From Haliotis rubra (lineage: Eukaryota), in the NCBI RefSeq assembly GCF_003918875.1, contig NW_025766281.1:1178001-1242000 (forward strand): a stretch of 64,000 nucleotides of DNA, in the 5' to 3' direction. Shown in pieces: positions 52,201-64,000 of this stretch; position 1 is the stretch's first letter, and each line of letters starts with the position of its first letter. The notes beneath the pieces are model-generated. The model searched no databases. It had not been told where the DNA came from and saw nothing but the letters and a program-made list of their open reading frames with translations. The translations under genes and the position numbers were made by a program.

Positions 52201-54017
52201 ATTGATCTACACAATTGGGATACGATGATATTTGTCAGCCATGTCAGCGAGCCTGACCACCCGATCCCGATAGTCGCCTTTCACGACAAGCGTGAGTTTC
52301 GGAAGACCAATTCTAACCCGGTTCTTGTAGTTGTGGCAATTATGTGAATGGATCACTTCAGATATATGATGTCACGAGGTGTTCGCGATAAGGGTAGGCA
52401 TGACCTGATCCATTGGTAGCACCCGCCATTAAAACACAATTGCCTAAAACGCGTTTTGCCTTTCATGCGACATCGGCTTGTGAACAAAACAGACACGTGA
52501 CCAACAGACCCGATAATCCAGTCAGCTAAAAGCAACGACTCGGTGTCATAAATCAAAGCTAACTCTTAATTCATTCGGAAATTGAGCAAGAACTTTAAAC
52601 ACATGCGTGATTGAGGATGTGTAATAGAGCAATTTGTATTCATTTGATCGATAAAATTTGTATAAAACAACTGACTTCGATCTGAACCTGCGCCTAAACA
52701 AATCAGTCATATATGATTTGTCATTTGATACCGTATTGGAAGAAGATCGATTTACAGCTTTTACAGAATGCGGTCACTTGGCAGAAATACTGGTGTTGGG
52801 CGCCGGGTAGCAAATTCCAACCATTTAGTGCGAATGACGGGTGTTACAGGTAGGATAGCAAATGTTTACCCTTTAAGAACACCTGGTGTTATAGTTGATT
52901 TCAAGTAATTTTATAGACATTGCTTGGCAGAAGTGCTGGTATTGCGCGCCGGGTTGCAAATACCAACCATTTAGTGTGAATGGATGTGTTACTGAAGGGA
53001 AGGGCATGCTTTCTCTTTTGGCGAATACCCGGTGTTATCGCTGATTTTCAGTGATCCGTTCAGGTCATGTTTAAAACTGATTTGCCCGTTACACCGGAAG
53101 TTTCGGAATAGTCAAGACTTGGTATTCATTTGCACTGATGTTTCCTATATAAATTACAATGTTCAATATTGAAATGTTAATGTGTATATAGGTTTCCGGT
53201 GGTGAGCCCCTGGATCATGGGCCAATCCAGGGAGCAATGAGCCGTGGTGTGAAGGTTAACATTGGTCTTCCAAATGTGTCGTGCCCAACAAATTTTCCTA
53301 CCAAGACCAATTTTTCTTTGGCCAACACATACCGTCTTTTCGCTAATAAGTATTCATGAATACATGAGACGTTTGTATGAATAGCAACTTATTCAAATCT
53401 TTGATACAAAGTTTCAGAGCAAATTCTTGCTCCTTCATCGGGTGAATGCCGAGTCAGTGCACAAGGTGAATATATATATCTATAGATACAACATGTTTAC
53501 AACATAGCGCACGATGGGAGAATGTACACAGATGCATTCGGTTACGTATTTGTAACCAGTTTCCAAAAAGGACTGACAATGAAGTTCCTGCCGAAAAATA
53601 GAGACTAGGCACTTAATATTAAGCTGCAGTCACTAAAAACATTGACAACTGACTTTTCTAAGCTTCTATGTTTTAACGAAAATGTTATATTATCTAAAAC
53701 CGGCACTAATTGTATTAAACTTACCTTCGTAATCTGCTTATTGGAGGCCGGCGCCCTGTAAAGATCTGTCGCTCATTGGAGGAAATGCGGTAGATTAATT
53801 TCTCGTCGATATACGCCGCCACAAGAAAGATCATTATGTTGGTGGTGTTTTATGATTTAAATCCTCAAGAAACATTTAGCCTAGAACAATCAGTGCACAG
53901 TGCACACACTGACAAGGAGACAGAATGAATCCGTAGAACAAGCACTCAGTGGTTGCTGCCGTATTGAATACACCAGATCGATGTGAACTGGTAGAGATTA
54001 GCTGCAGATAGAAATGA

Positions 54018-54181
54018 GTGAATGTGTGAGTTTAGTTTTACGCTGCTTTTAACAATATTCAAGCAATATCACATCAGAGGACACCAGAAATGGACTTCAC
54101 ACATTGTGCCTATGTGGGGAATCGAACCCGGCTCTTGAGCGTGACGAGCGGACGCTTTAACCATTTGGCTACCCACCGCCC
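54018..54181 (-). mobile_element. SINE family A (truncated paralog at about 43530-43646)
   Basis: Flanked by CAGATAGAAATGA / CAGATAGGAATGA. Confidence 0.85.
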
Positions 54182-55569
54182 CAGATAGGAATGAAAACAA
54201 TGAAAACAGATTAAATATGTTTTTGTTTAATGCCGCACGCAGTACTATTTCTGGCAACAACAGGAACCAGTGATTGATATTATGAGCGACAACTCCTGCA
54301 GTAGGGGCACGATGACATACAATGAACCAAGTGTCCGAACCTTCAGGACCAGCTCGAACCAGGAGTCCTACAGGATGCCGAATACATGTTCAGTAAGTAG
54401 AAAAAAGGACACGTGATTCTCCTGGAAACTGTTGTAATAGGCACCATAAATATTCTACTGATGTATTCGTAGATATGGGCACTATAGAGGCATTCATGTA
54501 CATGGGCAGTATATAAAGTATTTGAAGACACTGGCACTTTAAACAGAGGTTTTCATAAATTGGGACACTATAGAGGTATCCGTGTACATGGGTAGTATAG
54601 ACAGTATTTAGAGACACTGGCACTTTAAACAGAGGTATTCGTAAATAGGGACACATTTGAGGTATCATCTGATGTTACACTAATAATTGTCAGGTTATTA
54701 TCATATAATCGTGGCATAACCATGATACAACCCTGATTTGACAAATATGTACAAAACATAACTTGAGTTGTTTTAGAATTCAATTATGAGTTGGACCAAT
54801 CACAGCAATAGTTTCAGCATCTGCCTGAGGGTTTCATTCAGAATACGTATGATATCAACTTTCTATGAGTGAAACTGATGACAGTTGAAGACACACACAA
54901 GTGCATCATCTTTCTTTGATTTGTCTTACAGCTGAGGAATATCGATCCATTGGTGCCAGTTCCGGATGCACTTTGGCGATTACTCACAGCAGTCTGGTAC
55001 AGTGGAACCAGTGATAGAAACTCCACATAATACCCAGGACTGAACGAGACAATTAGTGTAGGATTCCTATATGGCGTCAGTGCCAGTCATCGTTGACAGA
55101 CAGACACTTTCTTTTGTTGGATTGGGTTTCTCTGTTAACGATGTAGGATACTTGAAACAGTTATCGGATAATACTTCATTATCCTACAACGTTCCAAATT
55201 TACTTTTTATTGCTTTTTAGAACCTCCATTATATGACATGTCCTGTTTGCACTCCATCTGTCAGTAAACATAAAAGCATATTTTGTTTTAAATATTATGT
55301 GTAAAACATGTTTTATAGGCACAATATTTATTCTATAGAAACAACTTGAAGGTGATACAATCAATCATGTTAAACTTGGTATCATTTTCTATGCGAATGT
55401 GATTTTGTGTGGTTATCTCTTGGGGATGGTTAATATCCAACTGTTTCAATATTCAATTGATTTAACACCCCACTGACGACAGTCAGGAATACATATGTTA
55501 TCTCTTCTCCTTATGTAATTTGAATATTTAATCTCTTATGAGAAATGCTGATTAACAATTTTATTTATT

Positions 55570-55708
55570 NNNNNNNNNNNNNNNNNNNNNNNNNNNNNNN
55601 NNNNNNNNNNNNNNNNNNNNNNNNNNNNNNNNNNNNNNNNNNNNNNNNNNNNNNNNNNNNNNNNNNNNNNNNNNNNNNNNNNNNNNNNNNNNNNNNNNNN
55701 NNNNNNNN
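55570..55708. other. Assembly gap
   Basis: Run of N, at the same paralogous position as the gap at 45253. Confidence 1.
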
Positions 55709-56439
55709 TGTGTAAGGTGCTGATCTTCGGAGTGAAGAGTTGGGTCCATTTGGCGTGCCGCAAAACAATGATTGTGGGTTCGAATCCGGTTTGCCATATT
55801 TTCAACATCTTACCTCATGGGGTTATGAAGGTTGGTAAATGTCGAACAACTGCATCACTGGGCGATTTCACCGATGTAACTGAAATACTGTTCATTGCGG
55901 GGTCAAAACCCAACTCACTAACTCAACTACGCATTCCTTCTGTTGATACGCCCAGCTCATGAATCAACAGACAGCCCGTCTTGAAGTAGATGTAATGCCT
56001 TTATGTACACAGAAAACAGAACCATGATCCTCAAGTAGTTTCTTCAGCAGGACAATATAATTCACCACAGTAATTCATCAATTCATCAATAACATTTGTG
56101 TTTTATTTATGTCATAGAGTTTATCACCGTCAAATGCATGTCAAACAAAACGAAAGTTCTTCTCTCTGCATTTTCAACGATGGATTTTACAAGTGCTTTT
56201 AGTTGTGTTCTTCAATAATGTTATCAATTATACATTATTTATCTGCACAAGAAATACTATGTATATACCAAATTACACAAATATGATATGATAATGTGTG
56301 TAGAAAACATGGAACTTGATGCACACGGGCAATGTTTGTTAAGAACCAACTTTGAATTCCAAAACTACTAGTTGACCCCTTTGTAACAAAAGCAATATGG
56401 ACCAATGGCCTTCATGCTGAAAAAAGATGATGATGATGG

Positions 56440-56473
<34 letters not shown>

Positions 56474-58872
56474 CATGACTACGATGTTGGTGGTGGTGAT
56501 GATGATGATGAGAATGATGATGTCAATGATGAAGATGATGTATCTCGCCTGAAAACACTGCACAAAAATTTGACATTAATATAACATCATCTGGCACAAT
56601 AATGCATTACAGCTTGTTCAGCTTGACCTGATCAAGTGAATACTAATGAATTGCGTGACCGTGTCACAACTAGTTGGGTCTGTTATTGTGAAGGGGTGCA
56701 CCTTTCTCAGATGATTGGTGTAAACGAGTGGACTGATTGTTGTGCCCATGTTGAAAATTTGGAAAGCGACTACTGGGACAGAAATATTGCAGTTGAACAT
56801 GAAATAGAAAAGTGATAATTGAACTGGGTGTAGAGAATGATAGCGAGAGTGAATCGGATTGTGAAAGTAACTGACGTCTGTACGTTGTAAAGTTAGCAAA
56901 CCAAACTAGATAGCATATGACTGTATAAACAATTCAATTAAAACATGACATGATTGTTTCTTCAGAAGTGTTGTTTTCCGGGACAAGTTCTGTAACGAAT
57001 CTGTGTATGCTTCGCACGAACGCAACATTAATAACATTCTCTGCACCCCTATTTAATGAAGATAACCCGATCTGCCGTTTGTGCCATTTGACCTCCCGGG
57101 TCATGCATATGTAGAGTAGCTCAGGTCAAGCTGAACAAGCTGTAGGTTTAATATCCATGTAACGTTTTAGTGTTCTCTTATACAAGGTAAAATATAGATA
57201 TTTATCAAGTTGTCCGTAATACTCCTTATCATGTTAATCTGTCATAGTAGTCAGTTGCAACCAATATCATATCGTGATTAATGACACTGACGTGAGACAT
57301 GAAAGCATGTTACTATCACGTTTTAATGGAGCTGACATGCATTCCTCATTCAATGGGAATGCCAACAGTAACGTTACACTGTGGCTTTTATCTCATTCTG
57401 TTTTAGGAATGTGAATATTTTATCCGACACAATTATGACATCAATTACAGTCACGTGTCAGACAATCCATCAACTGACTGTTTGTGTTGGCAAGAGGTGT
57501 TCGTTTGATGCCAGTCTGGATAACATTGTTCACGGAATGCTGGTCGTTAATTAAACACTGAGGAACTAAAACAAATCCGGCAGGGTTGGGTCTTCCATCA
57601 ATGGCTGGGACTCTCAGGCTATGTCAATTTTTAATGTGTTATTGACTGCTGGTGTACTTTGCACGAATTAATCTACTAAAGCGCAAGGAGTTAAAAACTG
57701 ACACCACACGAATCACGCTGCTTAACAGGTACAATTAGAATCTATCAACACAGTGTCTATCCGGAGACTGTTTGATATCAGTGGGTTGCACATGTTTGAA
57801 AAACACCGCCATTAAACTTTTAAAGGCTCTATTGAGGGTTTCTCAAACATGCATTCAGTTGGTTGTGTGTGTCACGTGACATTACCTCAAGGTACTCCAT
57901 CAGGGACAACTTGCATACCACATCACCTGGTAACTTCGTTATAATCACAGTAGTCCACGCCGCGCAGTCAGCATGCGATGTTTGTTTGGATCTCTACACT
58001 ATCTCGATTGCCTTTCTAAACTCAATTGGAAGTATAAAACTCATGGTACCTTCAGGCGCTAGAAGGTTAACAATAGGAAGCTTATTGTCTCATCCTATCG
58101 GGTACCCCTTTACTGCTGGGTGAACAGGGGCACATTTCGAACTATGTCTCTCTGAGATACAACACGCACTGCATGGGCTGTTTAGGTTCGTTACATTTCT
58201 CATATTCCAGTTCCCTGAGGAACAGGAACGATGTTGGCAGTCTAGTAAGCGTTTGCCCGTTACTCGAAAACAAGATTCGATACCGCACATGGGTTTAATG
58301 GATGCTCCCTGTCATGATTTGTCTGAATATTTGCTGGAAAACGGCACATTTCTATACTCGTTCAATCCCTACACAAAAATGAAACGATGCTATCAAGCGA
58401 TCTTGTCAATAATTAACGATAAAACGTTCACCGTTTATTTGAATTGGAGACCTTCTTTCATATCTTGTCATCTGACGTCTTGCTCTTTGAACTGCAGGCA
58501 CGACACCGGGTGTCTTCGTGATCACATTAATGGGTTTCTGCTCACAAGTATACACGCATGAAAGTCGACCCGGTGTTTAAAACATTGTGTACTTACACAT
58601 ATCACAAATATGTACACAGTTCATAAACATGCGCTACTGTACTCTTAGCTCGTAAACTAATTTTACTCACATAACAATATTCACACAATCTCCTTCCCGT
58701 CCTACGGTTCACGGGAGTCCATTTATATCAATAAATATATTAATGGACACGACATTGCTATAAAATATCTTGTCGAAACAACTGACGAAATACACATGTC
58801 GAAATACTGGTTCAATTGGTTTGACATTTGGAATTTCACTTAAAAAGAACCAAAACTACAAAACCCATCAAA

Positions 58873-59762
58873 CTAAAATCCCATGTTGACCTCGCATAAT
58901 GGCGAATGACTGGGGCTGGAACCAACAGACGGAAGAGGCTTACATGGAGAGGTGGCGCTGTCCGAGTCACGTGTTGTCACAGTATATCTGTTATTGAAAA
59001 CGAGGCTCTTGGACGGCCTGGTTGCAAGGTGTCTGGTATTCGACCTTTCAACACCAACAATCTCCTCCCCTCTCTCCATGTCATTCTCATTGGCTTGATG
59101 AGAGTTGTCTCCCTTTGAAGAGTTATTTCCCTTACTTGGCACATTGTTCCTCCTTTGTTCCGACAAATAACTTCGTGAGTCTGTAAATGTTGCCGACCTT
59201 GGTGTAACTGGTATGGAAGCAGTCTTCCCGACTCCGCTTCCAAGAGATTTTGCCCTCGGAAAATTTGGGATTTCGTTCCCAAATCGATCTATGCTCGTTG
59301 CTGAAGCATCAGTGGAAGTCTTTTTCTTCTGACTGGTTTCTAGGATAGGTTGTAATGGCGGCTTTGAGGCGGAGGGCTCCTCTTTGGGGTTCAAAACAGG
59401 CTGGGTGTTGGTTGAAGAAGGGGTGTTGATTTTAATCTCTTCTTCTGTGGGGGTTTCAGACGGAGTCGTCTTTTTTGTTCGGTTTCTCTTGTTCCGGACA
59501 AGTCTGAAAAAAGCTAACAGAGATCCAAGGCCAAAACTCCGACTGGGCGGTGGATCCTCTTCCTCCATGCTGGATCCCTGGATTCCCATCATTTTAGCAT
59601 GGAAGGGTTGGATCCGGACCATCATATTGATACGCTGTTGTTTTTCCCGGCATTCCCGTTTCCGTTTCCGGAACCGGTAGAAGTCGAGTGGAATGCAAAG
59701 TGCGAATAAGGTCACGGTGACCCCGACGATGAGAAGGACGAGCAGTTGTTTGGGCAGGACGC
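58873..59762 (-). CDS. Last coding exon of a single-pass Sushi-domain membrane protein: TM helix plus about 265-aa S/T/P-rich cytoplasmic tail
   Basis: Uninterrupted ORF with acceptor ttctttctgcttgttcacag|GC (phase 1). LLVLLIVGVTVTLFALCIPL is followed by the basic stop-transfer YRFRKRKR; stop TAG at 58875-58873. Confidence 0.85.
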
Positions 59763-60074
59763 CTGTGAACAAGCAGAAAGAAGCTGTTGTTTATCTCATG
59801 TATCACTACTGTGATGAGGCGAGAGCAATGGGGATATTTATTTGAAATCAATGAACTAGCATGGTGTTTCCGGTGGTTAATGAAAACCGTTTAGGAGCCT
59901 GGCAAACACAGGATGTACGAGATGTTGGGATGTGGAGGCAATGTGGAAATTGTTTCTCACGATGTATGCACAAGTAGTTACATCTATAGTTACGTTCTTG
60001 GCAGCTGGATAATAAATGTGCCCTGCATCATGTGTGACATCCATGATTTCTGGATATTTACTGTTTCACGATTA

Positions 60075-60326
60075 CAACCACGACTACTAACTGCTGATGT
60101 AATGATTAATACCATAGTAATTTCCAATGTAACCTCAACGACTACTAGTAACCCAGAAACTAAGACTTCTGCTACCACAGCAACTACTACGACTACTTCT
60201 GCTACAGTAACTGATACAACAACCGTAACAACTGCTGCTACTACCACCACCAATATTACTTCTATTACTACTCCTACTACAACTATTACTATTACTACTT
60301 CTACTAATATCCCTACAATAACAATA
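60075..60326. repeat. (ACT/ACA)n low-complexity tract in an intron
   Basis: Degenerate trinucleotide repeats. Confidence 0.75.
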
Positions 60327-60607
60327 TGACAACGTGTACATAGGTATATATAGCGACATGTAAATGTGTGAGTCTGCACCAGACAATCCAGTGATTGATC
60401 GTTTAAGCAATGATATGTGATCTGGTCATGATGTCACCCTCTCAAACATTTTCATGCGCAGATCGATGTTCATTGTTCCTGGTATTAATCACTGGGTTGT
60501 CTCTTCCAGACGTGATTATTTACCGACTGATATCACAACACAACAAACATACAAACAAATAAACATTGATGATTTGATACTCTCCTATTCTGACGTAGGA
60601 TGTTCTA

Positions 60608-60847
<240 letters not shown>

Positions 60848-61060
60848 TTACAACCGAGAAAAAGAGACAAAATCGTATTTCCTCGGACGGGTGGAAGGTA
60901 GATGGCATTGGGGTGTGTGTGATGTTGACTATTTTATATTTACTAGAATGCAGACTGCTATTTGACTTGATGCGTTGTTTAACGCCGTATTTCTGACCAG
61001 CTTTATGACGGCTGTAAATAACCGTGTCGTGGTCAGACAAACCTGTGCCTGACGTCATGA

Positions 61061-61310
61061 GTGTGAGTGAGTTTAGTTTTACGCCGCACTCAGCAATATT
61101 CCAGCTATATGGCGGCGATCTGTAAATAATCGAATCTGGACCAGACAATCCAGTGATCAACAGCATAAGCATCGATCTGCGCAATTGGGAACCGACGACA
61201 TGTGTCAACCAAGTCAGAGAGCCTGACCAGTGCCACCCGATCCCGTTAGTCGCCTCTTACGACAAGCATGGGTTACTGAAGATCAATTCTAACCAGGATC
61301 TTCACGGGTC
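61061..61310 (-). mobile_element. Young SINE-like family B copy with TSD
   Basis: CCTGACGTCATGA (61048-61060) / CCTGACGTCAAGA (61311-61323); empty site near 49377. Confidence 0.92.
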
Positions 61311-62278
61311 CCTGACGTCAAGAACATCGGTATATCAGTTGCATCAACGATTCCGTTAGTCCCCTCTTACGACCTGCAAGGGTTGATGATGACCAATTTT
61401 ATCCCACAACTATGTCAATACCTGCGTGACGGCAAGTGAAATAAGTCAATTGGATAGTGAATGAAAATTCAATAAAATTCGAGTAGATGGCCACTTTATG
61501 TGCGCCATTGCTTGTTAAAATTATTATTTTAAGAAAGTTCCTAGCGCCTTCAGCACAAATCTCCCTTTGCTTACAATTAAGTAAATATCACCCCGCACAG
61601 TTATTCATTGTTCATTTCAACCGTTGACACATGACGTTAATTGCCAGCTGATATGTCCCCCTAGTCCGACCAACGTTCACACATTGTCATACCATCCTTC
61701 GTGTATGACGACATGCTCTCAATTTATGTCGCTTCCAATTGTGTCGCAATGTGTTAACCATGACAGAGATCTGTCTCTTTCTGGGAATTATGGAGCTTCG
61801 GGATAGGACATGAAAAATTGGTCAGGAATCAATGTGACATTTACGGCGGTAGTTACTTGTCGGAAGACAGTTTTGTGAATTGTTAAACTTAAAGGCTCTA
61901 TATCACACACACTTCTATACATAAAATACACAATGCCATTTTAGAAAGTGTTGAAATGTAACATATGTTATAATTGTGATACCTTACGTATTTAGTGTCT
62001 GGATCAGACAATCTAGTGATCAACAACATGAGCATCGATCTGCCCAACTTGGATACCATGACTTGTGTTAACCAAGCCTTTTGTAGCGTCCCTTTCTGGT
62101 GTAATAGAGGGTGTCTTTCAATTCTGCCTTTCAGCCATTCTCTGACGTGCTACTACTTCTTTACAAGTAATTCAGTATTCCTACAGTGGATAATTATTTT
62201 GTGAAGAAAATTCAATTTAAGAATTGAGTTTGAAAATGTAAAACAAAACAGACATGAATGAAACTAGACCCTGCATTA

Positions 62279-62950
62279 CAGTCCGTTTGAGACAAAATGA
62301 TACCGATGAATTGCAATCTAACACAAAAACAAATGGACATAAAAGAATCAAACCAACGCGAAGTGCAATAAAAACAACAGACCAACTCTAGAAAACAATT
62401 GCATAATCTTTGTCACAAAAATATAAAAGTTGTTTAAGAAACTGTCATCATTTATTTGTGCGTTTCCCAAGTTTGTTACAAGGGCGCATTGGCAACTGAA
62501 GCAACAGCGCGAAAAGCGAGACATGTGATTACTGCTGATTGACAAAGTGAGAGAAAATGCAAGTCAATACTTTACAAAGTCTATGATTTCTTCAAGGATG
62601 AAAATGACAGGGGGGAGAACCAAGTATGGAATTACAAATAACATACAGCGCATTGTCTGTGCAGCTGGGGTACGTGTCATCTCGCCAGCTCCAAAAATTG
62701 TTGAGAACCCGTTAACGCACGTGCATCTCGCTTTTCGTGCTGTTCCTTTAGTTGCCAATGCGCCCTTGTAACAAACTTGGAAAACGCACAAATAAATGAT
62801 GACAGTTTCTTAAACAACTCTTTTATTTTTGTGACACAAATTCTGTTTGTTTTTTTCTAGAGTTGGTCTGTTGTGTTTATTGCACTCAGCGTTGGTTTGA
62901 TTCTTGTGTTAGATTGCAAGTCATCGGTATCATTTTGTCTCAACGGACTG
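62279..62950 (+). mobile_element. Long-TIR Tc1/mariner-superfamily deletion derivative (Sailor-like)
   Basis: About 230-245-bp TIRs beginning CAGTCCGTT(T)GAGACAAAATGATACCG, with TA flanks; empty paralogous site TGCATTAAGGTATATC at about 30714-30729. The core encodes KSILYKVYDFFKDENDRG/RTKYGITNNIQRIVCAAGV. Confidence 0.88.
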
Positions 62951-64000
62951 TAAGGTATATCAATGATTTCATGTCTCCAACAATGTTACTGTATCAACAT
63001 TACTTCCTGACCCACGAAGTATCGTCTACGTCTCGCCATCACGGCGAGACTTGTAACGAGGACCGAGGCTGGACACACAGACAGGTCTATTGAATTCTCG
63101 TGACATAGCCCTGTAAACGTAGTTTAATTACTGTCGTCGAGTTTCTCCGCATCACAAAAACAGTAATGAACACTTTTAGATGGCAGACAAGTAGGAGAAC
63201 ATTGCTCCACGCAGCATCAACAACATGAGAGACAAGCCATCAAAGGACAGTCGTGGGCTTAACGTGCCCGGATGTAGCACTGTAGGTTTCCTCGGTGCAT
63301 CCATGATATCAGTCTCAGAGTAGTGAGGCAGCTGATGAAACAATTAATTAAAACTAGACTAATTCCTCCATTTATAGACATTAAAACACGATGTCATACA
63401 GTTGACATTTGTCATAGAAACAGTTGTTTCAAAGTGTATCTAACGAGCGACAATGTATACTTTTGATGGATAGAAAGCGCAGTAATTAGTCTGAAGGCAG
63501 CCACAATGGGTGGAAATTGTAGATTCAGAACCTGAGGAACATCTGCACTTGCTTCATCTGGGGCTTTTGCATTACATCCACAATGCCATTTAGAACGTGG
63601 TCAAATATAACACATGTTATAATTCGGATAACAATTTCTCAGTAAAGTGCAGATTCTAGTGATTTTGTTAGGTTCAGTCCCATATGTGATTCGAACCCAC
63701 ACTCTCAATCCGGCAGTGCAAATAATTTACAAATAAAATATATCCCAATAAACATTAAAGGTATGATTCCTATCTCGTTTGTTCAGTAAGTTATGGTAAA
63801 GTGCTAGAATTGTTTCTCGTGACTGACGGAGCGCTACTGTTGCCAGACATGAATTCATGTCTCATCCGGACTGCTGTCTGAACCGACCTCAATTCTTGGA
63901 CTACCGAACTCAGGGTCAAACAGATTCCACCATAATGATCATAATGACATAATTGAGATATCCTATGCCGTATGATCGATGGAGAGGAAGTGATGCGTGC
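62951..64000 (-). repeat. Block inverted relative to about 38405-39330 and direct relative to about 30720-31090
   Basis: 63010-63305 matches 30770-31077 directly; 63835-64000 is the reverse complement of 38405-38562. Confidence 0.88.

Larger units (their letters stand above)
45020..55335 (+). repeat. Segmental duplication unit 2
   Basis: Colinear with unit 1, with scattered substitutions and indels. Confidence 0.9.

Noticed and set aside
59913-60329. Thr-rich mucin-like stalk exon between Sushi and TM
   Set aside because: It is Thr-rich only on the plus strand, opposite to the gene. The flanking exons already splice in frame without it.

Overview
This is eukaryotic, AT-rich, repeat-dense genomic DNA with three N-gaps and no prokaryotic operon or CRISPR structure. 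The SINE families and their (ACTC)n/(AAAC)n tails suggest a mollusc, probably an abalone-like gastropod (inference). Most ORFs in the track are spurious. Supportable coding content: (1) two in-frame spliceable minus-strand exons of a Sushi/CCP + transmembrane + long cytoplasmic tail protein (60804-60640, 59762-58873), with two truncated paralogs sharing one deletion of the Sushi and TM parts; (2) a probable first coding exon of a signal-anchor membrane protein (13665-13538, minus), missed by the ORF track; (3) an orphan BCR/ABR-like RhoGAP exon with both splice sites mutated (1526-1631); (4) remnants of IS630-Tc1-mariner transposons with about DD81E spacing (Sailor/DD82E-like), including two TA-flanked long-TIR deletion derivatives; (5) an I/Nimb-like LINE 3' end whose tail matches the local SINE tails. 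About 32-64 kb is three 10-13 kb related blocks, with inverted mosaic copies at 23.8-31.2 kb and 62.9-64 kb. Filled and empty insertion sites can be compared between these copies. A 62-bp satellite has grown out of one end of a dispersed element. I found no convincing novel multi-gene system. The best leads are the duplicated receptor locus (possibly partly a haplotype assembly artefact), the Sailor-like elements and the TE-derived satellite.
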